From a virus, in IMG/VR virus record IMGVR_UViG_3300042900_000549, positions 1-64,000 of that record: a stretch of DNA of 64,000 nt. One strand, given 5' to 3'. Below are positions 9,854-20,270 of the stretch, one piece after another. Both the position numbers and the translations under genes were made by a program. Within the stretch, counting starts at the first letter, position 1. Each line of letters opens with the position of its first letter. The notes beneath the pieces are model-generated. The model saw only the letters and a program-made list of their open reading frames with translations, was not told the DNA's origin and ran no database searches.

Positions 9854-11563
9854 ATGATTGATTTTGAAAAAATAAAGTTCAAAAACTTTTTAGGTGTTGG
9901 AAATCAATTTACTGAAATTGATTTTAAGAAATCTGCAACTACATTGATTATTGGTTCAAATGGTGCTGGAAAAACTACACTTTTGGATGCTCTTACTTTT
10001 GTTCTTTTTGGTAAGTCATTTCGTGGCATTAATAAACCACAATTAATTAATGCCACCAACGAACGTGATTGTGTCGTAGAAGTTGAATTTAAAATTGCAA
10101 CAACTGCATATAAAGTTCGCAGAGGAATTAAACCAAATATTTTTGAGATATATCGTAATGGATCCTTATTAGACCAAAGTTCTTCTGCGGTAGACCAACA
10201 AAAATGGTTTGAGCAATCAGTTCTTAAAATGAACTATAAGTCATTTACTCAAATTGTAATTATTGGTAGTAGTAACTTCGTTCCTTTTATGCAACTTTCC
10301 TCTACTCATCGTAGAGAAGTAATTGAAGATTTGCTTGATATTAAAATCTTCTCGTCTATGAATACCATTATTAAGGATAAAATTCGTCAAATTAAAGATG
10401 AGATCCGAACTCTAGATTTGAAGAAACAAACCCTCAAAGATAAAGTTGAAATGCAAAAAAACTTTATTGATGAACTTGAAAATCGTGGAAAAGAGAATAT
10501 CAAGCAGAGAAAAAGTAAAATCAATATTTTAATTGATGAAGTTGAAGTTTATATAAATGAAAACTCATTGCTTGATCAGAATATTTTTTCTCTGAATAAA
10601 AACCTCGAGGAAGTAAATGATGCTTCTATTAAATTAAAAAAACTCGGTAATCTTAAAGGTAAAATTTCACAAAAAGTATCAACTATTACTACTGAGTATA
10701 AATTTTTCAAAGAGAATACGGTATGCCCTACTTGCACTCAAGAAATTGGGGAAAAATTTAGGTTAAATAAGATTAGTGATGCTGAAAAAAAAGCAAAAGA
10801 ACTTCGTGATGGATATAGTGAACTTGAACAAGTAATTCAAGATGAGGAAGAACGAGAAAGACAATTTCTTATGCTTTCAAAAGAATTATCAAAACTATCA
10901 AATGAAATTTCCCAGAATAACACTCGCATCTCTAGTCATCAAAGACAAATTCGGGATTTTGAATCAGAAGTTCAAACAATTGCCGAACAACTTGAAAATA
11001 GAAATACTGAACATGAAAAACTAAAAGTATATATTGAAACTCTTAAAAATATTTTTGATGAACTATCTTCCAAAAAAGAGTTAGTTACTTATCACGATTT
11101 TACATATTCTCTTCTCAAAGATAGTGGAGTTAAGTCAAAGATTATTACAAAATATCTTCCATTAATTAATCAACAAATTAATCGTTATCTTCAGATGATG
11201 GATTTTTATATTAATTTTACTCTGGATGAAGAGTTTAATGAGAAGGTACAATCACCAATTTATGAAGACTTTTCTTATAATTCATTTAGTGAGGGTGAAA
11301 AGTCTAGGATAAATCTTGCGTTATTGTTTGCCTGGAGAGAAGTAGCAAAGTTAAAAAATTCCGTTTCTTGCAATCTTATTATTTTTGATGAAGTATTTGA
11401 TAGTTCATTAGATAGTTCGGGAACTGATGAATTTTTGAAAATTATTCGTTATGTGATTAGTGATGCTAATATATTTGTAATTTCTCATAAGAGTGGCTTG
11501 GAGGACAAATTTGAAAGTGTCATAAGAGTTGAGAAGAGAAAGAATTTTTCACATATACTCTAA
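9854..11563 (+). CDS. g46: Recombination ATPase gp46 (Rad50/SbcC-like)
   Basis: Walker A GSNGAGKT, Zn-hook CPTC, signature FSEGEK, Walker B IFDEVFD. Confidence 0.96.
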   Translation: MIDFEKIKFKNFLGVGNQFTEIDFKKSATTLIIGSNGAGKTTLLDALTFVLFGKSFRGINKPQLINATNERDCVVEVEFKIATTAYKVRRGIKPNIFEIYRNGSLLDQSSSAVDQQKWFEQSVLKMNYKSFTQIVIIGSSNFVPFMQLSSTHRREVIEDLLDIKIFSSMNTIIKDKIRQIKDEIRTLDLKKQTLKDKVEMQKNFIDELENRGKENIKQRKSKINILIDEVEVYINENSLLDQNIFSLNKNLEEVNDASIKLKKLGNLKGKISQKVSTITTEYKFFKENTVCPTCTQEIGEKFRLNKISDAEKKAKELRDGYSELEQVIQDEEERERQFLMLSKELSKLSNEISQNNTRISSHQRQIRDFESEVQTIAEQLENRNTEHEKLKVYIETLKNIFDELSSKKELVTYHDFTYSLLKDSGVKSKIITKYLPLINQQINRYLQMMDFYINFTLDEEFNEKVQSPIYEDFSYNSFSEGEKSRINLALLFAWREVAKLKNSVSCNLIIFDEVFDSSLDSSGTDEFLKIIRYVISDANIFVISHKSGLEDKFESVIRVEKRKNFSHIL

Positions 11564-11585
11564 ATACTTCAAACCAGTAAGACCG

Positions 11586-11732
11586 ATGCAAGTTCCAAAC
11601 CGATTTCATCATTCCAAAAAGGATCAGAAGCGAAAACTGAAACCTCAAGCACTCCGACAAGCGAGAGAACGACTCGCCCAGTTCAAAAAGCGTCACAGTA
11701 CCTCCCCCAAAAAGGGAGGTTCTTTTGTATGA
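11586..11732 (+). CDS. Small basic hypothetical protein
   Basis: MQVPNRFHHSKKDQKRKLKPQALRQAR...; CTAAATA late-like motif upstream. Confidence 0.5.
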   Translation: MQVPNRFHHSKKDQKRKLKPQALRQARERLAQFKKRHSTSPKKGGSFV

Positions 11733-11756
11733 TGAATTCAATTCAACAAAATTCAA

Positions 11757-13940
11757 ATGTCAGTCAATTTTGAAATTAAAGGAATGCTCGCTCGTCTTCT
11801 TGCAACAGAAGATCTGATTGTTGAACATAAGAAAGTTGATACCGCATGTTTTAATGTTCACACTCGGGTTCTTACTCTTCCTATGTGGGAGAAGGCAAGT
11901 AATGTAGTTTACGATATGCTTGTTGCTCATGAAGTATCACACGCACTTTATACTCCTGATGAGGATATGTCCCCTATGGGAGTACCTCACCAGTTCGTAA
12001 ATATCGTTGAGGATGCCCGTGTAGAGAAACTTGTTAAACGCCGCTATATGGGTCTCTCAAAGACCTTCTACGGTGCATATAAGGAGCTCCAAGAACAAGA
12101 TTTCTTTTCTCTTGATGATGAAGATGTTCCTACAATGAATCTTGCTGACCGCGTAAATTTATATTTTAAGGTTGGAAATTTTATTGACCTTGAGTTTAAT
12201 GAACCCGAACAAGAAATTGTAAATGAAATTGCAAATATCGAAACTTTTGATGATACAATCGTCGCTGCTAAAAAACTATACGAATATTGTAAGCAAGAGC
12301 AAGAAAATATAGAGTCAAAACTTCCTGAAATTAACGCTCACGAACAAAGCAATTCTGATGAAGGTACAGAACCCGATCAACAAACTGAAATGCTTAATGA
12401 TGGAGATCAGGAAGATGGCGCTGGTGAAAGTCAACCTCAAGAATCTCCTCTGCGAGAAGATTTGACTAATCCATCTTCACAAACAGGTGGAACTGCATCC
12501 TCTATTGGACAAGAGAAAGAAGATCCTACAGTGAAAACAATGGATTCTCTTCAAAAATCTATTGAGAGTCTTGTAAATCAAAGTGGTTATGAAAATAATT
12601 ATGTTGAGATTCCTTTACTAAATCTGGAAACAGTGATTGTAAGTAACAAAGAGATTCATTCTTATATTGAGGAGTTTTACCATGAAGAACAAAGATTTCA
12701 AGACGAAAAATTGGCAAAATATTCCCACATTACTCATCCTAATATTTTTGAAGAATGTGACTCTAGTTATCAAAAGTTCAAAAAGTCTGCTCAAAAAGAA
12801 GTCAATTATTTAGTGAAAGAGTTTGAGTGCAAAAAGGCAGCAGATTCTTATGCTAGAGCAACAACATCTCGCACCGGAGTATTGGATTGCTCTAAACTCC
12901 ATACCTATAAATTTAATGATGACATTTTTCGTAAGGTAACAACTCTGTCTGATGGAAAAAATCACGGATTGATTTTTATTCTTGACTGGAGTGGATCAAT
13001 GTCGTCGGTAATGTTGGACACTATCAAACAACTGTATAATTTGATTTGGTTTTGTAAGAAAGTATCAATTCCGTTTGAAGTTTATGCATTCACTGGTGAT
13101 TGGGCACAGGTTTCTTATGATAAAAATGGTAAACCAAGTTACCCTCAACCACACTACGAAAAAAAATCTGGAATGTTTAATGTAGATGAACGATTTAATC
13201 TACTCAACCTTCTGACGAGCAGTGTAAACGGAAAGACTCTGGAAGAGCATATGGTGAACCTGTGGCGGGTTGTTTCATCTCTTAGGGGATATACTGGGTT
13301 TTCCAATCCTCCCCGTCTAACGTTCTCTGGGACGCCTCTGAATGAGAGTATGATTTCTCTTCATGCAGTTATTCCTAATTTTCAAAAAAATAATAAAGTT
13401 CAAAAAGTTCAGTGTGTAGTTTTGACTGATGGTGAAGCACCAGTTCTTAATTATCACTTAGAAATTAAACGTTATGTTGATTCCGAACCTTATATGGGAA
13501 CTCGTAGACTCAATCCTTCAACTACTTTCATTCGTGATCGTAAGTTAGGAACAACTTATAAAATTGGCAATGAATCTTACCAGTTTACTGATGCTCTTCT
13601 TCAAAATCTCCGTGATTGGTTTTGTGATGTAAACTTTATTAGTATGCGAATTATGAATGGCCGAGATGCCGGAGAGATCATCAAGCGTTATTGTGGTTAT
13701 CGTGGTAATGAACACGATAAGGTAATGTCTGATTGGAAAAAAAATAAGAGTTTTACTATTACCAATAGTGCATATAATGGGTACTTTGGTATGTCTTCTA
13801 ATTCTCTGTCTCAAAATAGTGAGTTTGAAGTTTTGGATGACGCAACTAAAACTCAAATCAAATCTGCTTTTGTAAAATCCTTGAAAACAAAGAAACTGAA
13901 CAAGAAAATTCTTGGAGAATTTGTAGAACTTATTGCTTGA
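11757..13940 (+). CDS. Metallopeptidase-like/vWA-domain protein (CobT-like partner of MoxR ATPase)
   Basis: HExxH (AHEVSH), acidic linker, MIDAS DWSGS plus GTPL and LTDGE. Confidence 0.85.
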   Translation: MSVNFEIKGMLARLLATEDLIVEHKKVDTACFNVHTRVLTLPMWEKASNVVYDMLVAHEVSHALYTPDEDMSPMGVPHQFVNIVEDARVEKLVKRRYMGLSKTFYGAYKELQEQDFFSLDDEDVPTMNLADRVNLYFKVGNFIDLEFNEPEQEIVNEIANIETFDDTIVAAKKLYEYCKQEQENIESKLPEINAHEQSNSDEGTEPDQQTEMLNDGDQEDGAGESQPQESPLREDLTNPSSQTGGTASSIGQEKEDPTVKTMDSLQKSIESLVNQSGYENNYVEIPLLNLETVIVSNKEIHSYIEEFYHEEQRFQDEKLAKYSHITHPNIFEECDSSYQKFKKSAQKEVNYLVKEFECKKAADSYARATTSRTGVLDCSKLHTYKFNDDIFRKVTTLSDGKNHGLIFILDWSGSMSSVMLDTIKQLYNLIWFCKKVSIPFEVYAFTGDWAQVSYDKNGKPSYPQPHYEKKSGMFNVDERFNLLNLLTSSVNGKTLEEHMVNLWRVVSSLRGYTGFSNPPRLTFSGTPLNESMISLHAVIPNFQKNNKVQKVQCVVLTDGEAPVLNYHLEIKRYVDSEPYMGTRRLNPSTTFIRDRKLGTTYKIGNESYQFTDALLQNLRDWFCDVNFISMRIMNGRDAGEIIKRYCGYRGNEHDKVMSDWKKNKSFTITNSAYNGYFGMSSNSLSQNSEFEVLDDATKTQIKSAFVKSLKTKKLNKKILGEFVELIA

Positions 13941-13963
13941 TAAATACCTAAAAAGTTTATACA

Positions 13964-14401
13964 ATGAAAACTTTTAAGCAGTTCATTCAAATATCTGATC
14001 AAATTGCAGAAAAAATTGATGGTAAATCTGCAAAAGATCCAGGATATTCTCTTAAGGATTGGTTTAAGGGTGGTGGATGGGTTCAGACTGGTGGTAAATA
14101 CGATGGAAAACCTTGTGCAAAACAACCAGGACAAACTACAAAACCATATTGTAGAGACCCGGATGATCGTGTATCCCTAGATAAAGATGAAAGAGAAAAG
14201 AGAGCAAAGAAAAAACGCAGGGAAGATCCAAATCCAAATAGAACAGGATCTGCAAAAATTGTAACTCAAGAGGAAGTAGGTGAAAAAGATAATTGTTATA
14301 AAAAAGTAAAATCCCGTTATCGTGTTTGGCCTTCGGCCTATGCTTCAGGGGCTCTTGTAAAATGTCGTAAAGTTGGTGCCGATAATTGGGGCAATAAATG
14401 A
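13964..14401 (+). CDS. Hypothetical protein, candidate internal head protein
   Basis: MKTFKQFIQ N-terminus, basic body, GATAAATA late-like motif upstream. Confidence 0.6.
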   Translation: MKTFKQFIQISDQIAEKIDGKSAKDPGYSLKDWFKGGGWVQTGGKYDGKPCAKQPGQTTKPYCRDPDDRVSLDKDEREKRAKKKRREDPNPNRTGSAKIVTQEEVGEKDNCYKKVKSRYRVWPSAYASGALVKCRKVGADNWGNK

Positions 14402-14487
14402 AAGACCAGTTGGTAAACTGACCACTGAGTGCGTAGTGAGCAGCATTTTTCTTATATAATAACTTCAGTTGAAACAAAACATTCATC

Positions 14488-15612
14488 ATGTCTCGCACCA
14501 AAATGACTGACGATCAAATTGTCAATGCACTCAAAGAAACTTTTGGTTTAGAACTAACCTCTGCTGATATTAAAGGTTTTTGTGCTTCTAAAAATCTATC
14601 TTATCCCACAGTTACTCGCCGCCTAGAGCAATTTAAAACCAATCGTGGACGTTGGAACCTAGAAGTGACTCAACAAAAAGTTGAACAAATTGAGCGTTCT
14701 TACGCTAATATTACAGTTCTACCTGAGGTTCATCAAAACCTTATTCCAGATAAAGATGATACATTTGTCAAGTTTGGCAATTTTAGCGATATTAAACGTA
14801 TTATTCAATCCCGTATTTTTTATCCTACGTTCATTACGGGTCTTTCCGGTAATGGTAAAACGCTTAGTGTTGAACAAGCGTGTTCTCAACTCAACCGTGA
14901 ATTGATTCGTGTAAATGTTACAGTAGAAACTGATGAAGATGATCTTATTGGGGGTTTTCGCCTTGTTAATGGCGAAACAGTGTGGCACAATGGACCCGTC
15001 ATTGAAGCACTTGAACGTGGCGCAATCCTACTTCTCGATGAGATTGATCTTGCATCTAATAAAATCCTCTGTCTTCAGTCAGTTCTAGAAGGTAAAGGTG
15101 TCTTCCTGAAAAAGATTGGTCGTTTTGCGAAACCTGCCGTTGGGTTTAATGTGATTGCAACTGCTAACACTAAGGGTAAGGGTAGTGAGGATGGTAGATT
15201 CATCGGTACTAATATTTTGAATGAGGCTTTTCTAGAACGTTTCCCAGTGACTTTTGAGCAACAGTATCCTTCCACTTCTATTGAAGTTAAGATCCTTGAA
15301 GGTGTTGCATCTCAACTGAATGTGAAAGATTCTGATTTCTGTAAGAGGCTTGCTGATTGGGGTGATATTATTCGTAAGACATTCTACGATGGTGGAATTG
15401 ATGAAATCATCAGCACTCGTCGTCTAGTTCATATCATTCGTGCTTACAGTATCTTTGGTGATAAAGCAAAAGCGATTCAAGTATGTGTAAACCGATTTGA
15501 TGATGAGACCAAGACTGCCTTCTTGGAACTGTATGATAAGATTGATGCCGACTTTGTAATGCCTATTGAAGTTCATTGGACTGATGATCTTGACAACATC
15601 CCGCAATTCTGA
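14488..15612 (+). CDS. cobS: MoxR/CobS-like AAA+ ATPase
   Basis: GLSGNGKT, LLLDEID, ATANTKG, NEAFLERF, ISTRRL. Confidence 0.9.
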   Translation: MSRTKMTDDQIVNALKETFGLELTSADIKGFCASKNLSYPTVTRRLEQFKTNRGRWNLEVTQQKVEQIERSYANITVLPEVHQNLIPDKDDTFVKFGNFSDIKRIIQSRIFYPTFITGLSGNGKTLSVEQACSQLNRELIRVNVTVETDEDDLIGGFRLVNGETVWHNGPVIEALERGAILLLDEIDLASNKILCLQSVLEGKGVFLKKIGRFAKPAVGFNVIATANTKGKGSEDGRFIGTNILNEAFLERFPVTFEQQYPSTSIEVKILEGVASQLNVKDSDFCKRLADWGDIIRKTFYDGGIDEIISTRRLVHIIRAYSIFGDKAKAIQVCVNRFDDETKTAFLELYDKIDADFVMPIEVHWTDDLDNIPQF

Positions 15613-15652
15613 TATAATGAGGGGTAGGTAAAACTATGACCTTCCCCTCATT

Positions 15653-16099
15653 ATGGATGATCAAATTAAAATAGACAACGACTGGAGACCAATGCCAAAT
15701 ATAGTTGAATCCGCTATGTCTATTAACGAACATAGTGGGTACTTTGACCTTACAAAAACTTCTTTTACTATGACTGATAAAACAAATCATCTTTGGAAAT
15801 ATAACGAAGATAAAATTTTGAAAGAAATTCAGGATTATGTGACCAGCACCTATCACGGACATTATTGTGGCGATAGTGATGGTTATGCTGATATTCAGAC
15901 TATTGATCTGATGGCAGCAAAGAAACTGGCAGCAGGTTTCTGTCAGGCAAACATCCTCAAATATGGTTCTCGTTATGGAGACAAGGATGGACGCAATAAG
16001 CGTGACTTGATGAAGGTCATTCACTATGCTATGCTACTTCTCCACTTTGACGGGCATTATACTCGTAAAGATAATGGACTTACTGAATTCACACGCTGA
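15653..16099 (+). CDS. DUF3310-like conserved phage protein (true start may be downstream)
   Basis: GFCQANILKYGSRYGDKDG..DLMKVIHY motif. Confidence 0.65.
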   Translation: MDDQIKIDNDWRPMPNIVESAMSINEHSGYFDLTKTSFTMTDKTNHLWKYNEDKILKEIQDYVTSTYHGHYCGDSDGYADIQTIDLMAAKKLAAGFCQANILKYGSRYGDKDGRNKRDLMKVIHYAMLLLHFDGHYTRKDNGLTEFTR

Positions 16100-16108
16100 T
16101 TAATTATT

Positions 16109-16774
16109 ATGAAACTATCTGACAATACTATTTCTATTCTCAAAAACTTTTCTGGAATCAACCAGTCACTTCTGTTCAAGCAAGGCAATACACTAAAAAC
16201 AATTAGTGTGATGAAAAATATTCTTGCAGAAGCAACTATTGAGGAGGATTTTCCTAAAGATTTCGGTATCTATGATCTCAATCAATTTCTAAATGGTCTT
16301 TCTATTCATAAGAATGCTGAACTTGACTTTGGGAACGATAACTATATTGTGATTCGTGAGGGTAAATCACGATCCAAGTATTTTTTTGCTGACCCTAGCG
16401 TGATTATTACTCCTCCTGATAAGTCAATTAATCTTCCTAGTCAAGATGTCTGCTTTCTTCTAGATACCAAAGAACTAGATCGCCTACTCAAAGCGGCTGC
16501 AGTGTATCAACTTCCAGATTTTTCCGTAGTAGGAGAAGCGGGTGTTGTGAAACTAGTTGTTCGTGATAAGAAGAATGACACTTCAAATGATTTTTCTGTA
16601 GTTGTAGGAGAGACTGATGATGTATTCACCTTCAACTTTAAAGTAGAAAATCTTAGAATTCTACCAGGGAATTATGATGTGGTGATCTCTCAAAAACTTC
16701 TCGCACAGTTTAAAAATACAAATATTGATGTATCTTATTGGGTTGCTCTAGAACCTGATAGTACTTTTGGTTGA
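16109..16774 (+). CDS. g45: Sliding clamp gp45
   Basis: MKLSDNTISILKNFSGINQS, FGIYDLNQFL, YWVALE. Confidence 0.95.
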   Translation: MKLSDNTISILKNFSGINQSLLFKQGNTLKTISVMKNILAEATIEEDFPKDFGIYDLNQFLNGLSIHKNAELDFGNDNYIVIREGKSRSKYFFADPSVIITPPDKSINLPSQDVCFLLDTKELDRLLKAAAVYQLPDFSVVGEAGVVKLVVRDKKNDTSNDFSVVVGETDDVFTFNFKVENLRILPGNYDVVISQKLLAQFKNTNIDVSYWVALEPDSTFG

Positions 16775-16792
16775 TAACATTATTACTTTATT

Positions 16793-17323
16793 ATGAATAT
16801 TTTTGCAGTGGATTCACATCCACAACTAGCTGCACAACAACTTCCAGACCGCCACATTTGCAAGATGAGTCTTGAAATGTGTCAAATGGTTTCTATTATT
16901 TACTCTAATTGGTATCATAATTGGGGGGAAGTCTATAAAGCAGATGGAACTCCTTATAAAACTGAAAAAGGTGCCTTTAGGAACCATCCTTGTACTATTT
17001 GGTTGAGTGAATCCTATGAAAACCTTGCCTGGGGAATCTCCCACGGACTTGCTCTTACTGCAGAATATAATTTTCGCTACGGAAAAATACATTCTTGCGC
17101 CAAAACTTTGTTTGAAGCAAAAAAACTCTTTCACAAAAAAGTTGGAAAATCAATTGTAATGCATCGTATGGTCAGTGACTTTGCTCGTGCAATGCCAGAT
17201 GATTTGAAGTATAATAATACTATTGATACGATTACCGCATATCAAAGGTATGTTGCAACCAAACCTTGGGTGAAAGACAACTACCTTCGTACTCCTGAAA
17301 GAAAACCTAATTGGGTAAATTAA
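16793..17323 (+). CDS. Pyrimidine-dimer DNA glycosylase-like (DenV-related) protein
   Basis: MNIF...DRHICKMSLEMCQM, NHPCTIW, EYNFRYGKIHSC, AMPD, AYQRY. Confidence 0.65.
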   Translation: MNIFAVDSHPQLAAQQLPDRHICKMSLEMCQMVSIIYSNWYHNWGEVYKADGTPYKTEKGAFRNHPCTIWLSESYENLAWGISHGLALTAEYNFRYGKIHSCAKTLFEAKKLFHKKVGKSIVMHRMVSDFARAMPDDLKYNNTIDTITAYQRYVATKPWVKDNYLRTPERKPNWVN

Positions 17324-17326
17324 ATT

Positions 17327-18271
17327 ATGACAAGTGAATTCCTTTTTGTGGAAAAGTACAGGCCTCAAGTAATTGATGACTGCATTCTTCCTGATGATAC
17401 TAAAAAAACATTTAAAGAGTTTGTGGCAAAGGGTGAAATCCCAAATCTACTCCTGTCTGGACCTCCTGGTATTGGTAAAACTACAATTGCAAAAGCACTC
17501 TGTAATGAACTTGGAGCAGATTTTTATATAATCAATGGATCTGATGAAGGTCGGTTCTTAGATACTGTGAGAAATCAAGCAAAGAACTTTGCATCTACAA
17601 TGTCCCTGACTGGTTCTTCTAAACACAAAGTCATTATTATTGACGAAGCAGATAATACGGGCAATGATGTTCAAATGCTTCTACGTGCAAATATTGAGGC
17701 ATTTTATAACAACTGCCGATTTATCTTCACCTGCAACTACAAGAACAAAATCATTGAACCATTGCATTCACGTTGTGCTTGTATTGATTTTACTATTAGG
17801 GGAAAGCAAAAAGCACAACTCGCGGCAAACTTCTTCAATCGCCTTCAAACAATTCTAAATCTAGAAAGAATTGAATATGATCAAAAAGTTCTTGCTGAAT
17901 TAGTATCAACGTACTTTCCAGATTTTCGTAGAGTTCTTAATGAGTGTCAACGGTATGCGACAAGTGGAAAGATTGATGCTGGGATTTTAGCATCATTTTC
18001 TGATATTTCTATAAATGAGTTGATTAAAAACTTGAAAGATAAAAACTTTACTGAAGTTAGGAAATGGGTTGTATCTAATCTAGATAACGACACAACTACA
18101 ATTCTCCGTAAGATTTATGATTCTCTGTATGATAATCTAGTTCCCGCATCTATTCCAGCGGCAGTTCTTATTATTGCTAAGTATCAGTATCAGGGAAGTT
18201 TTGTAGCGGACCAGGAAATCAATCTTCTGGCCGCTCTTACTGAATTAATGTGTGAATGTGAGTTCAAGTGA
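17327..18271 (+). CDS. g44: Clamp loader large subunit gp44
   Basis: VEKYRP, GPPGIGKTT, IIDEAD, PLHSRC, FPDFRR. Confidence 0.96.
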   Translation: MTSEFLFVEKYRPQVIDDCILPDDTKKTFKEFVAKGEIPNLLLSGPPGIGKTTIAKALCNELGADFYIINGSDEGRFLDTVRNQAKNFASTMSLTGSSKHKVIIIDEADNTGNDVQMLLRANIEAFYNNCRFIFTCNYKNKIIEPLHSRCACIDFTIRGKQKAQLAANFFNRLQTILNLERIEYDQKVLAELVSTYFPDFRRVLNECQRYATSGKIDAGILASFSDISINELIKNLKDKNFTEVRKWVVSNLDNDTTTILRKIYDSLYDNLVPASIPAAVLIIAKYQYQGSFVADQEINLLAALTELMCECEFK

Positions 18272-19332
18272 GTTTAATTCTTTCTGATAAAGACGCAGTT
18301 TACGCTGCGAATAAGTTTATAAATTATTATTCCCAATTTAATAGGATTGATGATTATCTTCGTTTTGTAAAAAAGGATAGAATTTCTTCTCGTCCCGGAT
18401 CATTATTTGGTGCAGAAACAGAAATGTTTGACCAATTTGATATTCATCCAAAAGATATGAGTATTCGTATTCATATTGTAGATACTGATCCAAAACCATC
18501 TTCGCGGTTTAATCAATGGTTGTATTCGGAAACACTTAATCTAACTGCATCAAATGCGGTGGAGGAAGCAATTCCAGGAAGAACTCATAAGTGGATTGTG
18601 GAAGAAACAAACACTCAAAAGGTTTTGGGAGTAGTTCGTTTTGGTTCTCCAACTATTAATTCAAAACCAAGAAACGATCACTTCAGTAAAGTTCTTCCTC
18701 TTGATGTAATTAATGATGAGTTTGTGATGGGATTTAATATAGTTCCTGTGCAACCATTTGGATACAATTATCTGGGAGGTAAACTTCTTGCTCTTCTTGC
18801 TTGCTCTAATGAATTAAAGAGACAATTTGATCAAAAGTATGGAACTGATTTAAAATACTTTGAAACAACCTCTTTGTATGGAACTACGAAGGGGATGTCT
18901 ATGTATGACGGATTAAAACCATATCTTCGCCACATTGGAGATACTGAAAGTAATTTTCTGCCCTTGTTTCACGATGGTGAGTTTCGTGATTTCTTCTGGT
19001 GGTTTAATGAAAGGAACGGTGGGGAACGTTTGATTTCTGCTGATAAATCATCCAAAAAACTCAAAATTCAACAAAAGATGATTGCGATTATTCGTAAGTC
19101 TCTTAATAGTGAAGAAAAACTTAAGGAGTTTAATGATGTAATTGATAAGGCAAAAACCCTTACAGAAAAGAAAAGGTACTACCTCTCGAAATTTGGTCAC
19201 GAAGTTGATGATGTGATTGAGTGGTGGAAAAGAAAAGCATCTAACCGATATGAAAAACTAAAGTCTGAAGGAAGATTAAGAACTAAACTTGAGATATGGG
19301 AACCTGGTTCTAACTTGGAGATTATACGATGA
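18268..19332 (+). CDS. DUF4338/DruA-like protein
   Basis: VPVQPFGYNYLGGKLLALL and ETTSLYG motifs recall DruA/DUF4338; overlaps both g44 and g62. Confidence 0.6.
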   Translation: MSLILSDKDAVYAANKFINYYSQFNRIDDYLRFVKKDRISSRPGSLFGAETEMFDQFDIHPKDMSIRIHIVDTDPKPSSRFNQWLYSETLNLTASNAVEEAIPGRTHKWIVEETNTQKVLGVVRFGSPTINSKPRNDHFSKVLPLDVINDEFVMGFNIVPVQPFGYNYLGGKLLALLACSNELKRQFDQKYGTDLKYFETTSLYGTTKGMSMYDGLKPYLRHIGDTESNFLPLFHDGEFRDFFWWFNERNGGERLISADKSSKKLKIQQKMIAIIRKSLNSEEKLKEFNDVIDKAKTLTEKKRYYLSKFGHEVDDVIEWWKRKASNRYEKLKSEGRLRTKLEIWEPGSNLEIIR

Positions 19333-19715
19333 CTTATGAGTTGAAAGATTGGTTGAATTCCATTAATTTTACTAAAGAAAATTTAATGGAAGAAGATAAA
19401 ACTTCAAAAAAAGATTATGCACCATATATCATTAATAAATGTTTGTCTGCACATATTGAATGCATTCTTTTTGCAAATGAAATGAATATGAATCATTCAT
19501 TAGACAAAGATATGCAATATTCATTTTATCTAAATACTTTGAGGAAACGGAAGAGATTTTCTCCCTGGATCCGTAAAGATAAAGTTCAAGATTTAGAGTA
19601 TGTAAAACGTTACTATGGTTATAGTAATGATAAGGCAATTCAAGCTTTAAAAATTCTAAACAAAACTCAATTGAACTTCATAAAACAACGACTTGAAACT
19701 GGCGGAATGAAATGA
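19329..19715 (+). CDS. g62: Clamp loader small subunit gp62
   Basis: YAPYIINKCLS, LFANEMN, RKRKRFSPW, VKRYYGYS. Confidence 0.92.
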   Translation: MTYELKDWLNSINFTKENLMEEDKTSKKDYAPYIINKCLSAHIECILFANEMNMNHSLDKDMQYSFYLNTLRKRKRFSPWIRKDKVQDLEYVKRYYGYSNDKAIQALKILNKTQLNFIKQRLETGGMK

Positions 19716-20155
19716 CTAACCAAACAATTGAACCACAAGTAAACTGGTCTCCCGATATGATGGTGGAGGTTATTCTTAATGAACCAGATGACTTTTTAAA
19801 AGTACGTGAAACTCTAACACGTATTGGAGTTGCATCAAGAAAAGAAAAAAAACTATACCAGAGTGCTCATATTCTCCATAAACAAGGACGATATTATATT
19901 GTAAGTTTTAAAGAACTTTTCGCTCTTGATGGCAAACATGCAAATCTTACTGTAAATGATATACAACGTCGTAACAGAATTGTTCATCTTCTCGCTGATT
20001 GGGGACTTGTGTCTGTAGTAAATCCAGACAAAATTGCTGATATAGCACCTCTAAATCAAATTAAAGTTCTTCCTTTTAAAGAAAAGGGTGAGTGGGAATT
20101 AGAACAAAAATATAATATTGGATCTAAGAAACGATCTCAGGAAGTAGGGGAGTAA
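19712..20155 (+). CDS. regA: Translational repressor RegA
   Basis: PDDFLKVRETLTRIGVAS, LYQSAHILHKQGRYYIVSFKELF. Confidence 0.96.
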   Translation: MTNQTIEPQVNWSPDMMVEVILNEPDDFLKVRETLTRIGVASRKEKKLYQSAHILHKQGRYYIVSFKELFALDGKHANLTVNDIQRRNRIVHLLADWGLVSVVNPDKIADIAPLNQIKVLPFKEKGEWELEQKYNIGSKKRSQEVGE

Positions 20156-20168
20156 ACCGAATAAAAAT

Positions 20169-20195
20169 GGTGGGAAATTACATCCCACTTTTTTT
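20169..20195 (+). terminator. Intrinsic terminator after regA
   Basis: GGTGGGA-AATTACA-TCCCACT followed by T run. Confidence 0.75.
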
Positions 20196-20212
20196 ATGAT
20201 CTTGTATAATTA

Positions 20213-20270
20213 ATAATGTCAAATGCTTCGGGTTTGACATTATAAACCTCGCTTTTTAAGGAGAAAACAA
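20213..20270 (+). promoter_or_regulatory. Structured hsp20 leader, ROSE-like RNA thermometer candidate
   Basis: Hairpin ATAATGTCAAAT/GTTTGACATTAT then CTCGCTT-TTT-AAGGAG pairing the SD with a bulged G. Confidence 0.55.

Noticed and set aside
14488-15612. Cobalamin biosynthesis auxiliary gene
   Set aside because: MoxR-type ATPase paired with a vWA protein; no other cob genes present.
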